64,000 bases of DNA from positions 4,340,001 through 4,404,000 of the forward strand of contig OZ024759.1 in the NCBI GenBank assembly GCA_964016885.1, written 5' to 3'. Numbering within the stretch: position 1 is the stretch's first letter; the number at the start of each line of letters is the position of its first letter. A program made the position numbers and the translations under genes. Source of the DNA: Eledone cirrhosa. Taxonomy: Eukaryota. This document shows positions 63,428 to 64,000 of this stretch, one piece after another. Under the pieces are notes generated by a model that ran no database searches, had not been told where the DNA came from, and worked only from the letters and a program-made list of their open reading frames with translations.

Positions 63428-63750
63428 ACTGTAATTTACGAAGCCTTAGTCACTTCTAACCGACCAAATCAATAACAAGAGGTTAAATCCTATGTAGGTA
63501 TGGCGGAGGGCCAGTTTAAAGAATGCTTCCTGAATCAACTGTCGACATTCAGACACCTGGACAAACGATCGTCCACGAAGCTCACAAGTCACATGTGGTC
63601 TCTCAAGACGCAGGCGTGGATTACTCCATTCAATGGAAAGTTATTACTGAGTCTATACGGAAATGGGATTCGTCTTGTGGGCTGTGCATTGAAGAAAGAA
63701 TCAATATCCTGAGTAGTTACGTAATAGTGCTTGTCTAAATTCAAGAATTT
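63428..63750 (+). pseudogene. Penelope-like GIY-YIG endonuclease fragment
   Basis: VIYEALV...KSYVGMAEGQFKECFLNQLSTFRH...TKLTSHMWSLK, then a frameshift, then YSIQWKVI...CGLCIEERINIL...LNSR. Confidence 0.78.
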
Positions 63751-63922
63751 AAAAGCTCCAAACTGACTACTGGATGTAACTTCTAGACCGAATACCATAA
63801 ATAACTTATTGTATTCTGAGCTTTCGCTGTTGCCTCTAATGTGAGTTGCCTTCCCTTTGAGAAGAACTTCTGCACATGTGTATTTGTATAATTGTCTCCC
63901 TTTCCATATAATCTCATTTGAA

Positions 63923-63964
63923 CTGAGCTAATGATCCAACTTAGGTGAAACAAATTGTTTTCGG
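63923..63964 (+). ncRNA. Degenerate hammerhead-like motif downstream of the GIY-YIG fragment
   Basis: ctgag-CTAATGA-tccaacttaggt-GAAA-caaattg-TT-ttcgg; core G5 is mutated. Confidence 0.35.
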
Positions 63965-64000
63965 AAATGGTGAATTAACTGTTGTCGAACTACTTATATA

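Overview
This is AT-rich, intron-containing animal DNA, probably octopus (inferred from [12 protein letters not shown]-type C2H2 fingers, tRNA-derived SINEs and abundant (AT)n). The main host gene is on the minus strand and appears only as fragments in the ORF track. It has ten 138-bp, phase 1-1 exons (55108 down to 29649), each encoding one 46-aa Cys-rich EGF/laminin-EGF-like unit of MEGF10/Draper/SCARF type; its first and last exons were not identified. A short C2H2 zinc-finger ORF with a tail of decayed fingers lies at 2.9-3.8 kb. Most of the rest is mobile DNA: a full-length but disrupted Helitron joined head-to-tail to its own deletion derivative, a decayed GC-rich RTE LINE, two RTE-type LINEs with a PHD finger inside the RT domain, CR1 tails, SINEs, MITEs, a Tc1/mariner relic and Penelope-like remnants. 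Three patterns stand out. (1) At least eight minimal hammerhead-ribozyme-like motifs occur, including a direct pair 1164 bp apart and a 390-bp palindrome with one on each strand. (2) Several large minisatellites can be traced to a local seed (an EGF exon, RTE and CR1 coding tails, MITE ends). (3) Many arrays start right next to EGF-exon splice sites. Most short ORFs in the track are artefacts of simple repeats. Coordinates were read by eye: exon, Helitron and hammerhead limits were counted, while repeat and TE limits are approximate.
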